DNA of 55,362 nucleotides. Source: an uncultured Rhizobium sp. GTDB lineage: Bacteria; Pseudomonadota; Alphaproteobacteria; Rickettsiales; UBA1997. Position numbers and translations under genes: made by a program. The stretch covers positions 1-55,362 of the forward strand of contig CAZOKU010000004.1 in assembly GCA_964580715.1 (NCBI GenBank), read 5' to 3'. Below are positions 42,829-51,031 of the stretch, one piece after another. Positions within the stretch are counted from its first letter, which is position 1. Each line of letters starts with the position of its first letter. The notes below the pieces were generated by a model, which worked only from the letters and a program-made list of their open reading frames with translations, had not been told where the DNA came from and did no database searches.

Positions 42829-43422
42829 TTACTTTTCTTCGCCGCTTAACAGTCGCAACAAATTTTCTTTATGTCTAATTACTATTAAAATGAATAAAAA
42901 GCAGCAAAAAATTATCTGCGACATTGGCGCTTCATAGCCAAAAGACAAAAGGATTGAGGAAAAAATTGCGGTAAGCGAAGCAATTGAAGAGATGCGCGAC
43001 AAAGCAAAACCCATGATCCAAAAGCAAATAACCAGAAAACCAACAGCAGAATCAAGAGCAAATAACACGGCAATAGCGGTTGCAACGCCTTTTCCGCCCT
43101 TGAAATCTAAATAGACTGGATAAATATGAGCAACCACAGCAACAGCACTCACCAAAACTAAGAATAAATGAAGATGACCAGATGAAACAAAAGCAAAACG
43201 TGCAACAATAACCATCACCGCACCTTTTAAACCGTCTAAAATTAAAGTTAAAAAACCAAGTTTTTTTCCAGCGATTCTAGTGACATTTGTGGCCCCGATG
43301 TTTTTTGAGCCATATTTGCGAATGTCTTTGCCAGCAAAGGTTTTAGTAAGCAGCAATCCGAATGGAATTGCTGAAATAAAATAAGTGATGATTAGAAATA
43401 AAAACTGATAAAAAATAATCAT
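42829..43422 (-). CDS. plsY: Glycerol-3-phosphate acyltransferase PlsY
   Basis: GSKNIGATNVTR...DGLKG...FKGGKGVAT motifs and multiple TM helices. Confidence 0.9.
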   Translation of the reverse strand: MIIFYQFLFLIITYFISAIPFGLLLTKTFAGKDIRKYGSKNIGATNVTRIAGKKLGFLTLILDGLKGAVMVIVARFAFVSSGHLHLFLVLVSAVAVVAHIYPVYLDFKGGKGVATAIAVLFALDSAVGFLVICFWIMGFALSRISSIASLTAIFSSILLSFGYEAPMSQIIFCCFLFILIVIRHKENLLRLLSGEEK

Positions 43423-43462
43423 GAATTGTTATACCAAACTAGGTAATTACTTCCAAATCAAA

Positions 43463-43984
43463 TTAATTTGTTGTATTACCCGGATTTCTATTTTTTCTAA
43501 AGGCATCTAGAGAAACCACTTTTGCGGATAAGTCAATGTCGCTATCATTTTTTTCTGAAGTGGAATTTTTATTGGCTCGATTTGACTCACCAAAATTTCC
43601 TGATTCTAACTCTTCTAAATCATCATGATTGATGCTGAAGCGAAGAGCGAAGCTCATTGACGGGTCAGAAAATGAGGTGATTGATTTATAAGGAACCAGC
43701 AGCTGTTCATATTGGCCACCAAAACTTAAAGAAATTTTAAATTGATCATGTTCCACCACTAAATCTTTAAATTGGTGCTGAATTGCGATTGTCATTTCTT
43801 CAGGATATTTTTCTGACAATTTAGCAGGAATTACAACATTCGGTGCTTTAGTTAAAAAAGTGACTACAAAATAATGAGAACCCGGCAAGCCATTTTTTTC
43901 AACTTTTTTCAAAGTTTCAAAAATAACCAAACGCATGGAATTTTCTATAATGTCGTCATATCCGATTAGATCCTTTGGCTGCAT
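43463..43984 (-). CDS. sspB: ClpXP adaptor SspB (alphaproteobacterial type)
   Basis: GLPGSHYFVVTF.T...V.IP..L...YPEEMTIAIQHQF.DL.V....F...LSF......L.VPY.SI..F.DPS..FALRF. The ATG at 43984 (MQPKDL) is preferred. Confidence 0.8.
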   Translation of the reverse strand: MQPKDLIGYDDIIENSMRLVIFETLKKVEKNGLPGSHYFVVTFLTKAPNVVIPAKLSEKYPEEMTIAIQHQFKDLVVEHDQFKISLSFGGQYEQLLVPYKSITSFSDPSMSFALRFSINHDDLEELESGNFGESNRANKNSTSEKNDSDIDLSAKVVSLDAFRKNRNPGNTTN

Positions 43985-44015
43985 GAGTAATACCACTTTT
44001 AAGAAAAATATTTGG

Positions 44016-44334
44016 CAAAATGCTGGTTTTTCTGTTGACAGGAAAACCAGCAAACCCCGATAAAATCACTTATGCGAAAGCAACTCTTGTTGCAGGAGCA
44101 AGTTCGAAATTATCATTAGCAAAATTGTCATTTGCGTTTACTTGTTTTGAACGGATACTGTAAGTTGCCCCACAGCCGGCAGTTTCTCAACCGAGCGAAA
44201 TCAATCTCTTTACCATGCATGTCGAAGCTGTTCACCCCCATAAGAAATAATGGTGGAGGTGTTGGGTACTGCCCCCAAGTCCATAAACATTTATTTCAAA
44301 TTGAGTTTATCGCTATAGTGCCACTTAAGACACT
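44016..44334 (-). ncRNA. ssrA: Two-piece (circularly permuted) tmRNA gene
   Basis: Minus strand reads ...TTGGG-GGCAGTA-CCCAA-CACCTCC-A-CCA (3' end at 44251), then the 11-nt spacer TTATTTCTTAT, then GGGGGTGAACAGCTTCGAC (coding-piece 5' end at 44239). GGGGGTG pairs with CACCTCC, including the G3:U70 pair. Tag ORF 44135..44070 reads GCA AAT GAC AAT TTT ... TAA. Terminator hairpin at 44022-44051. The outer ends are approximate. Confidence 0.85.
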
Positions 44335-44340
44335 GTTTTT

Positions 44341-44368
44341 AATATAGTGCATAAATACAAAAAATCAA
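44341..44368 (-). promoter_or_regulatory. Candidate sigma70-type promoter for ssrA (TTGATT-N16-TATATT on the minus strand)
   Basis: Reverse complement of 44363-44368 is TTGATT, and of 44341-44346 is TATATT. This would give an acceptor piece of about 80-85 nt. Confidence 0.5.
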
Positions 44369-44425
44369 TGCTAAGATTTCTCTAAAAGGTGTAATTATCC
44401 TACAACGAGTTGTGTACGATAGGTA

Positions 44426-44476
44426 TAAAAAGGGGCCAGGCTACTTTTAAGCTTAAAAGTAGCCTGGCCCCTTTTT
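44426..44476. terminator. Perfect ~50-bp palindrome (bidirectional terminator) downstream of xth
   Basis: AAAAAGGGGCCAGGCTACTTTTAAGC and GCTTAAAAGTAGCCTGGCCCCTTTTT are centred on AAGCTT, with A and T tracts on either side. Confidence 0.8.
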
Positions 44477-44478
44477 AT

Positions 44479-45291
44479 CTAAACATCCAAACTAACACAA
44501 ACTGGACAATGATCCGAGGCTTTTTCAAGATTGCGCACTCCTTTATCCTCAATTGATGCTTCATGCAAAACATCAGCTGCTTGCGGGGAAAGAAAAAGAT
44601 AGTCGATTCTAGCACCTTTATTATGTTGCCAAGCACCGCCGCGATAGTCCCACCATGAAAAATGCTGAGTCGCTGGATTTTGCGCGCGATAAGAGTCAAT
44701 CAAACCAAGATTCATAAAGCTGCGCAATTTTTTTCGCTCTAAAGGATGAAATAAAATATTGCCTTCAAAAGATTGTGGATCATAAACATCAATTTCCTCA
44801 CAAGCCACGTTGAAATCACCGCCAAAAACTTGCATTTCATTATATCGCAATAATTTTGTGACATGAGAATTTAAGCGATCAAAAAAATCTAATTTATAAA
44901 GAAATTTTGCGCTTGATTCTAAATTTTCACCTTCAGCAATTTCTCCGCCACCGTTTGGAACATAAATCGAAGCAACACGAATGGCATTTTTATTAATCGA
45001 AATAACTGCTTCAATATAGCGCGCCTGCTCGTCATTTTGGTTTGCAGGCAAACCTTTAACCACATCTTCAATTTTATATTTCGATAAAATCGCCACACCA
45101 TTATAAGACTTCTGGCCATAAGCAACAGCATTATATCCCGCATCAAGAAGCACTTCAAAGGGAAATTCATTTTCCACACATTTTATCTCCTGCAACAAAA
45201 CAATATCAGGATTTGATTGCTTCAGCCACTCGAGCAACCGTGGAAGTCGTGCTTTAATTGAATTTACGTTGAAACTGGCGATTTTTACCAT
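44479..45291 (-). CDS. xth: Exodeoxyribonuclease III
   Basis: IASFNVNSI...PDIVLLQE...GVAILS...GDFNV...SWWDYR...G.RID...ASDHCPV. Confidence 0.92.
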   Translation of the reverse strand: MVKIASFNVNSIKARLPRLLEWLKQSNPDIVLLQEIKCVENEFPFEVLLDAGYNAVAYGQKSYNGVAILSKYKIEDVVKGLPANQNDEQARYIEAVISINKNAIRVASIYVPNGGGEIAEGENLESSAKFLYKLDFFDRLNSHVTKLLRYNEMQVFGGDFNVACEEIDVYDPQSFEGNILFHPLERKKLRSFMNLGLIDSYRAQNPATQHFSWWDYRGGAWQHNKGARIDYLFLSPQAADVLHEASIEDKGVRNLEKASDHCPVCVSLDV

Positions 45292-45333
45292 TAGATAAAT
45301 ATTAAAAAATAATTTTTTCTTTTGTTAACAAGG

Positions 45334-45377
45334 CATGAACCTAAGGACGGAGTTACAAACTCCGTCCAGCTCAAGGA
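45334..45377. repeat. CATGAACCTAA-GGACGGAGT(N7)ACTCCGTCC-AGCTCAAGGA repeat unit
   Basis: Hairpin at 45345-45367. Same family as 12614-12649 in inverted orientation. Confidence 0.8.
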
Positions 45378-45423
45378 TTGAGTTAAAATTGAAGCTGGCG
45401 ATTTTTATAACCATCGTGAATTT

Positions 45424-45855
45424 TTACAAATCTTTCATAAAATGGAAGCCGCGAATGTAATAGCCTTCGCGGTAGTATAGTGAATGTGATTTTTTGTTTT
45501 CGACGTAAGAATCTAAAACAATTTTTTGACATTTTAAGTTTTGAGCTTTTTTTTCAAGATAGTTTAAAATTTCGGTACCAATTCCTAAGCTGCGCTGATT
45601 TTTGTCAACAACTAGGTTGGATGCTTGCAAATAGCGGCCGCAATAAAGCATCAAAAAAACCCAATAGCCAGAAACACCGACCATTTTTCCATCTAAATAA
45701 GCGGCAACCATTTTGAAATCATTGGTGTCGATCATCTCTTGAATGTATGCGGTGTAAGTGGCAAAACTCATTTTGTCATACATTTGGCTGATCAATGGAA
45801 AAGCGCTTTCCATTTCAACAATTGTGTTTAAATCTTTAATAATTAGGTTTTTCAT
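45424..45855 (-). CDS. GNAT-family N-acetyltransferase
   Basis: Motif A VVDKNQRSLGIGTEILNYLEKKA. 143 aa. Separated by 1 nt from the murC stop. Confidence 0.8.
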   Translation of the reverse strand: MKNLIIKDLNTIVEMESAFPLISQMYDKMSFATYTAYIQEMIDTNDFKMVAAYLDGKMVGVSGYWVFLMLYCGRYLQASNLVVDKNQRSLGIGTEILNYLEKKAQNLKCQKIVLDSYVENKKSHSLYYREGYYIRGFHFMKDL

Positions 45856-45856
45856 T

Positions 45857-47269
45857 TTAGCATTTTTTTAAATCTTCTGCCAAAGCTGCTGCCCAGTAAG
45901 TCACCTTACCAGCACCAGTGCAAAACACCATGTCACCTTGCTGAATCAGCGGTTTTACTAGCTTTGCTAATTCTTTTGGATCTGACATTTTTATAACATT
46001 TTTCTGTCCGGTTTTTTTAATTCCTGCAATTAAATTGTCTTGCGAAGCGCCTTCAATTGGCGTTTGTCCAGCTGAATAAATGTCAGAGACAATTACATAA
46101 TCAGCATCAGAAAATGCATGACAAAATTCGTTAAATAAGCTAGAAACGCGAGAATATTTGTGCGGCTCAAACACACAAATTAGCTTATGTTTTCCGATTA
46201 AATCGCGCGCTGCTTTGAGCGTGGTTTTAATTTCAGTTGGATGATGTCCGTAATCATCAATTATTGCAACGCCTTGATATTCCCCAACCTTGGTAAATCT
46301 GCGTTTCACGCCATTAAATTTTGCTAAAGCCTCAATAATTTTTTGATCAGAAATGCCTAAAAAATCAGCAATCGCAATTGCAATTAAAGCATTGCTGGCA
46401 TTGTGTTTGCCATATACGGGAATTTTGATATCAGAGATTTTTCTGCCTGATTTAAATTCAACATCAAAACTAATTCCAGCAGCAGAAGTTGTGATGTTTA
46501 GCGCTTTTAAATCAGCGTCGCGAGTGATTGAATAAGTGACTAAATTTTTTTTCTTACTTTTAAATTTATCATAAATCGCCGCAACTTCTTTGTCATCAAT
46601 GCAAAGCACACACAAACCGTCATCTGGAATTTGATTTACATATTGCTCAAAACATTGTTTTTGTTTTTCAAAACTCCCCGCATAACCTTTAAATTCAAGA
46701 TGTTCTGGCTCGATGTTGGTAACCGCGCCAATAAAGCTTGGAAGAGTCACAAAACTTGCGTCAGATTCATCAGATTCTGCGACTAAATATTTTCCTTTAC
46801 CAATTTTTGAATTGCTTGAAAAATAATGGATCACACCACCATTGATCACAGTTGGATCTAATCCTGCAATTTCAAGCATTAAAGAAACCATTCCCGTGGT
46901 GCTGGTTTTGCCGTGAGTTCCTGCGATGGTGATTCCCTTATATTCACTCATCAAAATTGCTAATAAATTAGCGCGTGTGATGATTGGAATGTTGCGTTTT
47001 TGTGCTTCAATAATTTCAGGATTTTCTGATTTGATAATTGAAGTTTCAACAATCAACGAAACATCAGAATCAAGGTTTTCTGCCTTGTGACCAACAAAAT
47101 AAACGATTCCGTGATCACGCAATTTTGCAGTAAGATAATTCTCAGATAAGTCAGAGCCCTGCACTTTCAGGTTAAATTCTCTTAAAATCAATGCCAAAGC
47201 GCTCATGCCAATGCCACCAAGCCCAATAAAATGGATTTTTTTTTGTTGTTTTATGTCGATAAAATTCAT
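45857..47269 (-). CDS. murC: UDP-N-acetylmuramate--L-alanine ligase
   Basis: HFIGLGGIGMSALA...GTHGKTSTT...DESD... Mur ligase pattern. C-terminal DDYGHHPTE. Confidence 0.93.
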   Translation of the reverse strand: MNFIDIKQQKKIHFIGLGGIGMSALALILREFNLKVQGSDLSENYLTAKLRDHGIVYFVGHKAENLDSDVSLIVETSIIKSENPEIIEAQKRNIPIITRANLLAILMSEYKGITIAGTHGKTSTTGMVSLMLEIAGLDPTVINGGVIHYFSSNSKIGKGKYLVAESDESDASFVTLPSFIGAVTNIEPEHLEFKGYAGSFEKQKQCFEQYVNQIPDDGLCVLCIDDKEVAAIYDKFKSKKKNLVTYSITRDADLKALNITTSAAGISFDVEFKSGRKISDIKIPVYGKHNASNALIAIAIADFLGISDQKIIEALAKFNGVKRRFTKVGEYQGVAIIDDYGHHPTEIKTTLKAARDLIGKHKLICVFEPHKYSRVSSLFNEFCHAFSDADYVIVSDIYSAGQTPIEGASQDNLIAGIKKTGQKNVIKMSDPKELAKLVKPLIQQGDMVFCTGAGKVTYWAAALAEDLKKC

Positions 47270-47365
47270 TTTTGATTTATAATTTCCTAAACTGATACTA
47301 GTATTTTCAAGATAACAACGATATAAATTTTTTTAGTTTATTTGTAAAATAAAAATTCAAAAAAA

Positions 47366-47998
47366 ATGCAGAAAACAAAAATTGATGAAATTTTTCAAAT
47401 CTGGCAGGAAGAAAATCCGCATCCAAAAACTGAGTTAAATTACAGCAACAATTACACTCTTTTAATCGCCGTGGTGCTTTCTGCGCAAAGCACTGATGTT
47501 GGCGTTAATAAAGCGACCAAAGCGCTTTTTGCAACTGTTGATACGCCGGAAAAAATGTTAAAATTAGGTGAGACAAAATTAAAAAAATATATCAACACTA
47601 TCGGGCTTTTTAATGCTAAAGCGGCAAACATAATCAAGCTTTCACAAATTTTGGTAGATAAATTTAATTCAGAAGTTCCAGAAAATTTTGAACAATTAAA
47701 ATCGCTTCCCGGAGTTGGCCAAAAAACCGCAAATGTGGTTTTAAATTGTGCCTTTGGCCATCACACAATCGCAGTTGACACTCACGTTTTTCGTGTGGCA
47801 AATCGCATCGGTTTTGTTAAAGAAGCGACTCCTGAAAAAACTGAAATTGCACTGCTTAAAAACATTCCCAAAAAATGGCAAAATCACGCACATCATTGGA
47901 TGATTTTGCATGGAAGATATGTTTGTGTTGCAAGAAAACCAAAATGTGCTATTTGTAAAGTTGTAAAACTTTGCGAGTTTAAAGAAAAAACGATTTAA
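47366..47998 (+). CDS. nth: Endonuclease III
   Basis: HhH motif LPGVGQKTANVVL, catalytic D in VDTHV, and the FeS cluster C-x6-C-x2-C-x5-C (CVARKPKCAICKVVKLC). Confidence 0.93.
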   Translation: MQKTKIDEIFQIWQEENPHPKTELNYSNNYTLLIAVVLSAQSTDVGVNKATKALFATVDTPEKMLKLGETKLKKYINTIGLFNAKAANIIKLSQILVDKFNSEVPENFEQLKSLPGVGQKTANVVLNCAFGHHTIAVDTHVFRVANRIGFVKEATPEKTEIALLKNIPKKWQNHAHHWMILHGRYVCVARKPKCAICKVVKLCEFKEKTI

Positions 47999-48000
47999 CT

Positions 48001-49437
48001 ATGAACTTAAAAAATAAAAAACTTTTTTGTGAAAAAAATTTTATTGATGGAAAGTGGCTTGATTCTAAGAACAAAATCGCCGTAACCAATCCATCAACTG
48101 GTGAAAAAATTGGCGAAATTCCTGATTTAGAAATTTCAGAAATAAAAAAAACAATTGATGCGGCAAAAATTGCTTTTGAAAAATGGAAAAAATTTACTGG
48201 CAAAGAGCGCGCAAAATTGCTGCATAATTGGTTTGAATTGATTTTAAAAAACCAAGAAGATTTGGCAATAATTTTAACTTCAGAACAAGGAAAACCTTTG
48301 TCTGAGGCGCGTGGCGAAGTGGTTTATGGCGCAAATTTTGTTGAATGGTTTTCTGAAGAGGCAAAAAGAGTTAGAGGAGACGTGATTTTAGCGCCTAAAG
48401 CAAATGAAAAAATTATTGCAACTCGTGAAGCTGTGGGAGTTTCTGCTGCTATTACGCCGTGGAATTTTCCTTCAGCAATGGTTACGCGCAAAGTTGCACC
48501 AGCTCTGGCTGCGGGATGCTCCGTAATTTTAAAACCATCCGAACTCACACCTTATTCAGCCTTGGCTTTAGCGGTTTTGGCTGAAGAAGCGGGAATTCCT
48601 GCTGGAGTTTTTAATGTGATAACTGGTGATGCACAAAGAATTGGCGAAGAATTTTGTATAAATCAAAAAGTGAGAAAAATCAGTTTTACTGGTTCAACAA
48701 AAGTTGGAAAAATTTTGGCAAAGCAAAGCAGTTCTGACTTAAAAAAGCTGTCGCTTGAGCTTGGCGGATCCGCACCATTTATTGTTTTTGCTGATGCCGA
48801 TCTCAATAAAGCAATTGCTGGATTGATACATTCAAAATTTCGAAATGGCGGACAAGCCTGCACCTGCACTAATCGCATTTTTGTTGAAGAAAAAATTTAT
48901 GAACAATTTTTAGAGAAACTTTTAGCTGAGGTGAAAAAATTAAAAGTTGGCGATGGCTTTGAAAGTGCTTCAAATATTGGCCCGATGATTAATGAAGCAG
49001 CTGTTGCAAAAGTTGAGCGTTTAATTTTTGATGCAATTAAAAATGGTGCAAAATGTGAATTTGGTGGCAAAAAAATTGCTGGACAATTTTTTCAACCGAC
49101 AGTTTTAAGCGATGTTAAAACAGACATGGCAATAGCGCGCGAAGAAATTTTTGGCGCAGTTGCAGCAATCCAAAAATTTAGCAGTGAAGAAGAGGTGATT
49201 GCAAAAGCCAACGACACGGAATATGGCCTTGGTTCATATATTTACACTAATGACGCAAATCGCATTTGGCGAGTTTCTGAAGCTTTAGAATATGGCATGG
49301 TGGCAATTAACGAATGCACTTTTGCCACTGAAGTGGCACCTTTTGGCGGAATCAAACATTCAGGATATGGCCGCGAAGGTTCTCATTTAGGCATTGAAGA
49401 GTTTTGCCAAATTAAAACTTTACATATTGGTTATTAG
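48001..49437 (+). CDS. gabD: NAD(P)+-dependent succinate-semialdehyde dehydrogenase
   Basis: ITPWNFPSAMVTRKVAPALAAGC...KPSELTP...ELGGSAPFIVF...GQACTCTNR (catalytic Cys)...EEIFG. Confidence 0.88.
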   Translation: MNLKNKKLFCEKNFIDGKWLDSKNKIAVTNPSTGEKIGEIPDLEISEIKKTIDAAKIAFEKWKKFTGKERAKLLHNWFELILKNQEDLAIILTSEQGKPLSEARGEVVYGANFVEWFSEEAKRVRGDVILAPKANEKIIATREAVGVSAAITPWNFPSAMVTRKVAPALAAGCSVILKPSELTPYSALALAVLAEEAGIPAGVFNVITGDAQRIGEEFCINQKVRKISFTGSTKVGKILAKQSSSDLKKLSLELGGSAPFIVFADADLNKAIAGLIHSKFRNGGQACTCTNRIFVEEKIYEQFLEKLLAEVKKLKVGDGFESASNIGPMINEAAVAKVERLIFDAIKNGAKCEFGGKKIAGQFFQPTVLSDVKTDMAIAREEIFGAVAAIQKFSSEEEVIAKANDTEYGLGSYIYTNDANRIWRVSEALEYGMVAINECTFATEVAPFGGIKHSGYGREGSHLGIEEFCQIKTLHIGY

Positions 49438-49479
49438 GTTTAGAAATAACGCTGATGTCTTAAAAAATAATATTTCGCT

Positions 49480-49986
49480 ATGAAAATTTCCATGTATGAA
49501 TCTTTAATTCCCGTTGCAATTCACAAATTGCAAAACCTTGCGGCGATTCTAGAAAAAGGCCTTAATCACGCTCAAAATAAAAAAATCGAAGAACATGTTT
49601 TGCTAAATGCACGCTTGTTTCCTGACATGTTTCCTTTAGTTCGCCAAGTTCAAATTGCCTGTGACACTGCAAAAGCTGGGGCGGCTCGCCTTGCAGAAAT
49701 TGAAGTTCCTTCTCATGCCGACACTGAAACAAATTTTGCTGAATTGCAAAATCGCATCAAAAAAACAATAGATTTTTTAAAAACCATCAAACCAGAACAA
49801 ATTAACAATAAAGAAGAGTTAAAAATTGTTTACAGCCAACGCGGCAAAGACCTCAGCTTTGTTGGTCTGCCTTATCTTCTGAATTATGTTTTACCAAACA
49901 TTTATTTTCACATCACCGCTGCTTATGCGATTCTTAGGCATAATGGCGTTGAGATTGGAAAAAAAGATTATCTTGGCGAAGTTTAG
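49480..49986 (+). CDS. DUF1993-family protein
   Basis: RLFPDMFPL..QVQIACD.AK...RLA...P...D.E..FAEL..RI...LPN.YFH.T.AYAILRHNGVEIGK.DYLG pattern. Confidence 0.75.
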   Translation: MKISMYESLIPVAIHKLQNLAAILEKGLNHAQNKKIEEHVLLNARLFPDMFPLVRQVQIACDTAKAGAARLAEIEVPSHADTETNFAELQNRIKKTIDFLKTIKPEQINNKEELKIVYSQRGKDLSFVGLPYLLNYVLPNIYFHITAAYAILRHNGVEIGKKDYLGEV

Positions 49987-49991
49987 CAACC

Positions 49992-50561
49992 ATGAATAAA
50001 CTTGTTGCATTAACAATTTTATTTATAAGTCTTATGTCAGTTATTTTTAATGCCGCAGCAGCTAAAACTGAAAAAGCAATTCTTGCTGGCGGGTGTTTTT
50101 GGGGAGTTGAGGAATTATTTCGAACTCTTCCTGGAGTTATAAAAACAGATGTTGGCTATAGCGGCGGAACTGCGCCAAATCCTGATTACAAGCTGGTTTC
50201 AACTGGTTTAAGCGGCCATGCTGAAAGCATTGAAATTACTTTTAACCCAACAAAAATTTCTTACGAAAAAATTCTAAAATTTTTCTTTACCATTCACGAT
50301 CCAACAGAGGTTAATCGCCAAGAACACGACATCGGCACACAATATCGCTCAGCAATTTTTTATTTAAATGATGAACAGAAAAAAATCGCCGAAGATGTCA
50401 TCAAACAAGCAAATAAATCTGGCGTTTTCAAAAAACCAATTGCAACAACATTAGAAAAAGCAGGAAAATTCTGGCCTGCAGAAGAATATCACCAAGACTA
50501 TCTACAAAAAAACCCTCATGGCTACACCTGCCACCACGTTCGCGAAGAGTGGAAATTTTAA
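49992..50561 (+). CDS. msrA: Peptide-methionine (S)-S-oxide reductase with N-terminal signal peptide
   Basis: GGCFWGVE catalytic motif...GHAE...DPT..NRQ..D.G.QYRS...EYHQDYL. Hydrophobic leader LTILFISLMSVIFNAAAA. Confidence 0.9.
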   Translation: MNKLVALTILFISLMSVIFNAAAAKTEKAILAGGCFWGVEELFRTLPGVIKTDVGYSGGTAPNPDYKLVSTGLSGHAESIEITFNPTKISYEKILKFFFTIHDPTEVNRQEHDIGTQYRSAIFYLNDEQKKIAEDVIKQANKSGVFKKPIATTLEKAGKFWPAEEYHQDYLQKNPHGYTCHHVREEWKF

Positions 50562-50727
50562 ATCAAGACATCTTCAATAATCATCCTTCATTGCTCAGGC
50601 GGGATTTGCAATCCCGCCTGGACGTTCATGCAAAATAATGGCACTGTTGCAACAATATCCAAGCGACATTACGTAACGCCGCCTGAGCAAGGTCTTAAAT
50701 CAAAACATCTTTAATAATCATCTGCAC
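50558..50727. repeat. Two direct pseudo-copies of the recJ 3' terminus (50558-50586 and 50695-50727) bracketing a ~100-bp element with 12-bp TIRs
   Basis: TTAAATCAAGACATCTTCAATAATCATCC and TTAAATCAAAACATCTTTAATAATCATCTGCAC align with the recJ end CTAAATCAAAACATCTTCAATAATCATCTGCAC (52841-52873). Inner TIRs are TTGCTCAGGCGG (50591-50602) and CCGCCTGAGCAA (50679-50690). Confidence 0.85.
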
Positions 50728-50822
50728 CTGTTACCGCTTGAGTTCTTATGACCACGACTGATCGTTCATGTTTTTTAATTATTTGACATGAACCTAGGAA
50801 CTGGAAAATGCTAAAGCATTTT

Positions 50823-50904
50823 AAACGCCAATTCGGGATAAAAAGAAAAATTTTTGCTTAAGTAAGACGCAGGTTTTCACGCATTTTTATCCCGAATTGG
50901 CGTT
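50823..50904. repeat. 82-bp element with 21-bp perfect terminal inverted repeats (AACGCCAATTCGGGATAAAAA)
   Basis: 50823-50843 is the exact reverse complement of 50884-50904. The core AAGACGCAGGTTTTCACGCATTTTT is shared with 111-135. Confidence 0.85.
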
Positions 50905-51031
50905 TTAAGGATGACGACTTCTTTACCGATTATCCTACAACGGCAATGCCGCAATCACCTTTTTCATTGACTTTTGATAATCATTTTATTATCCAATAAC
51001 CAAAAATTATAAAACATAACGGTTTAACACT

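Noticed and set aside
44132-44347. 71-aa plus-strand ORF
   Set aside because: It is antisense to the tmRNA gene. The region is better explained by ssrA structure: the acceptor stem pairing, CCA end, tag ORF and terminator.
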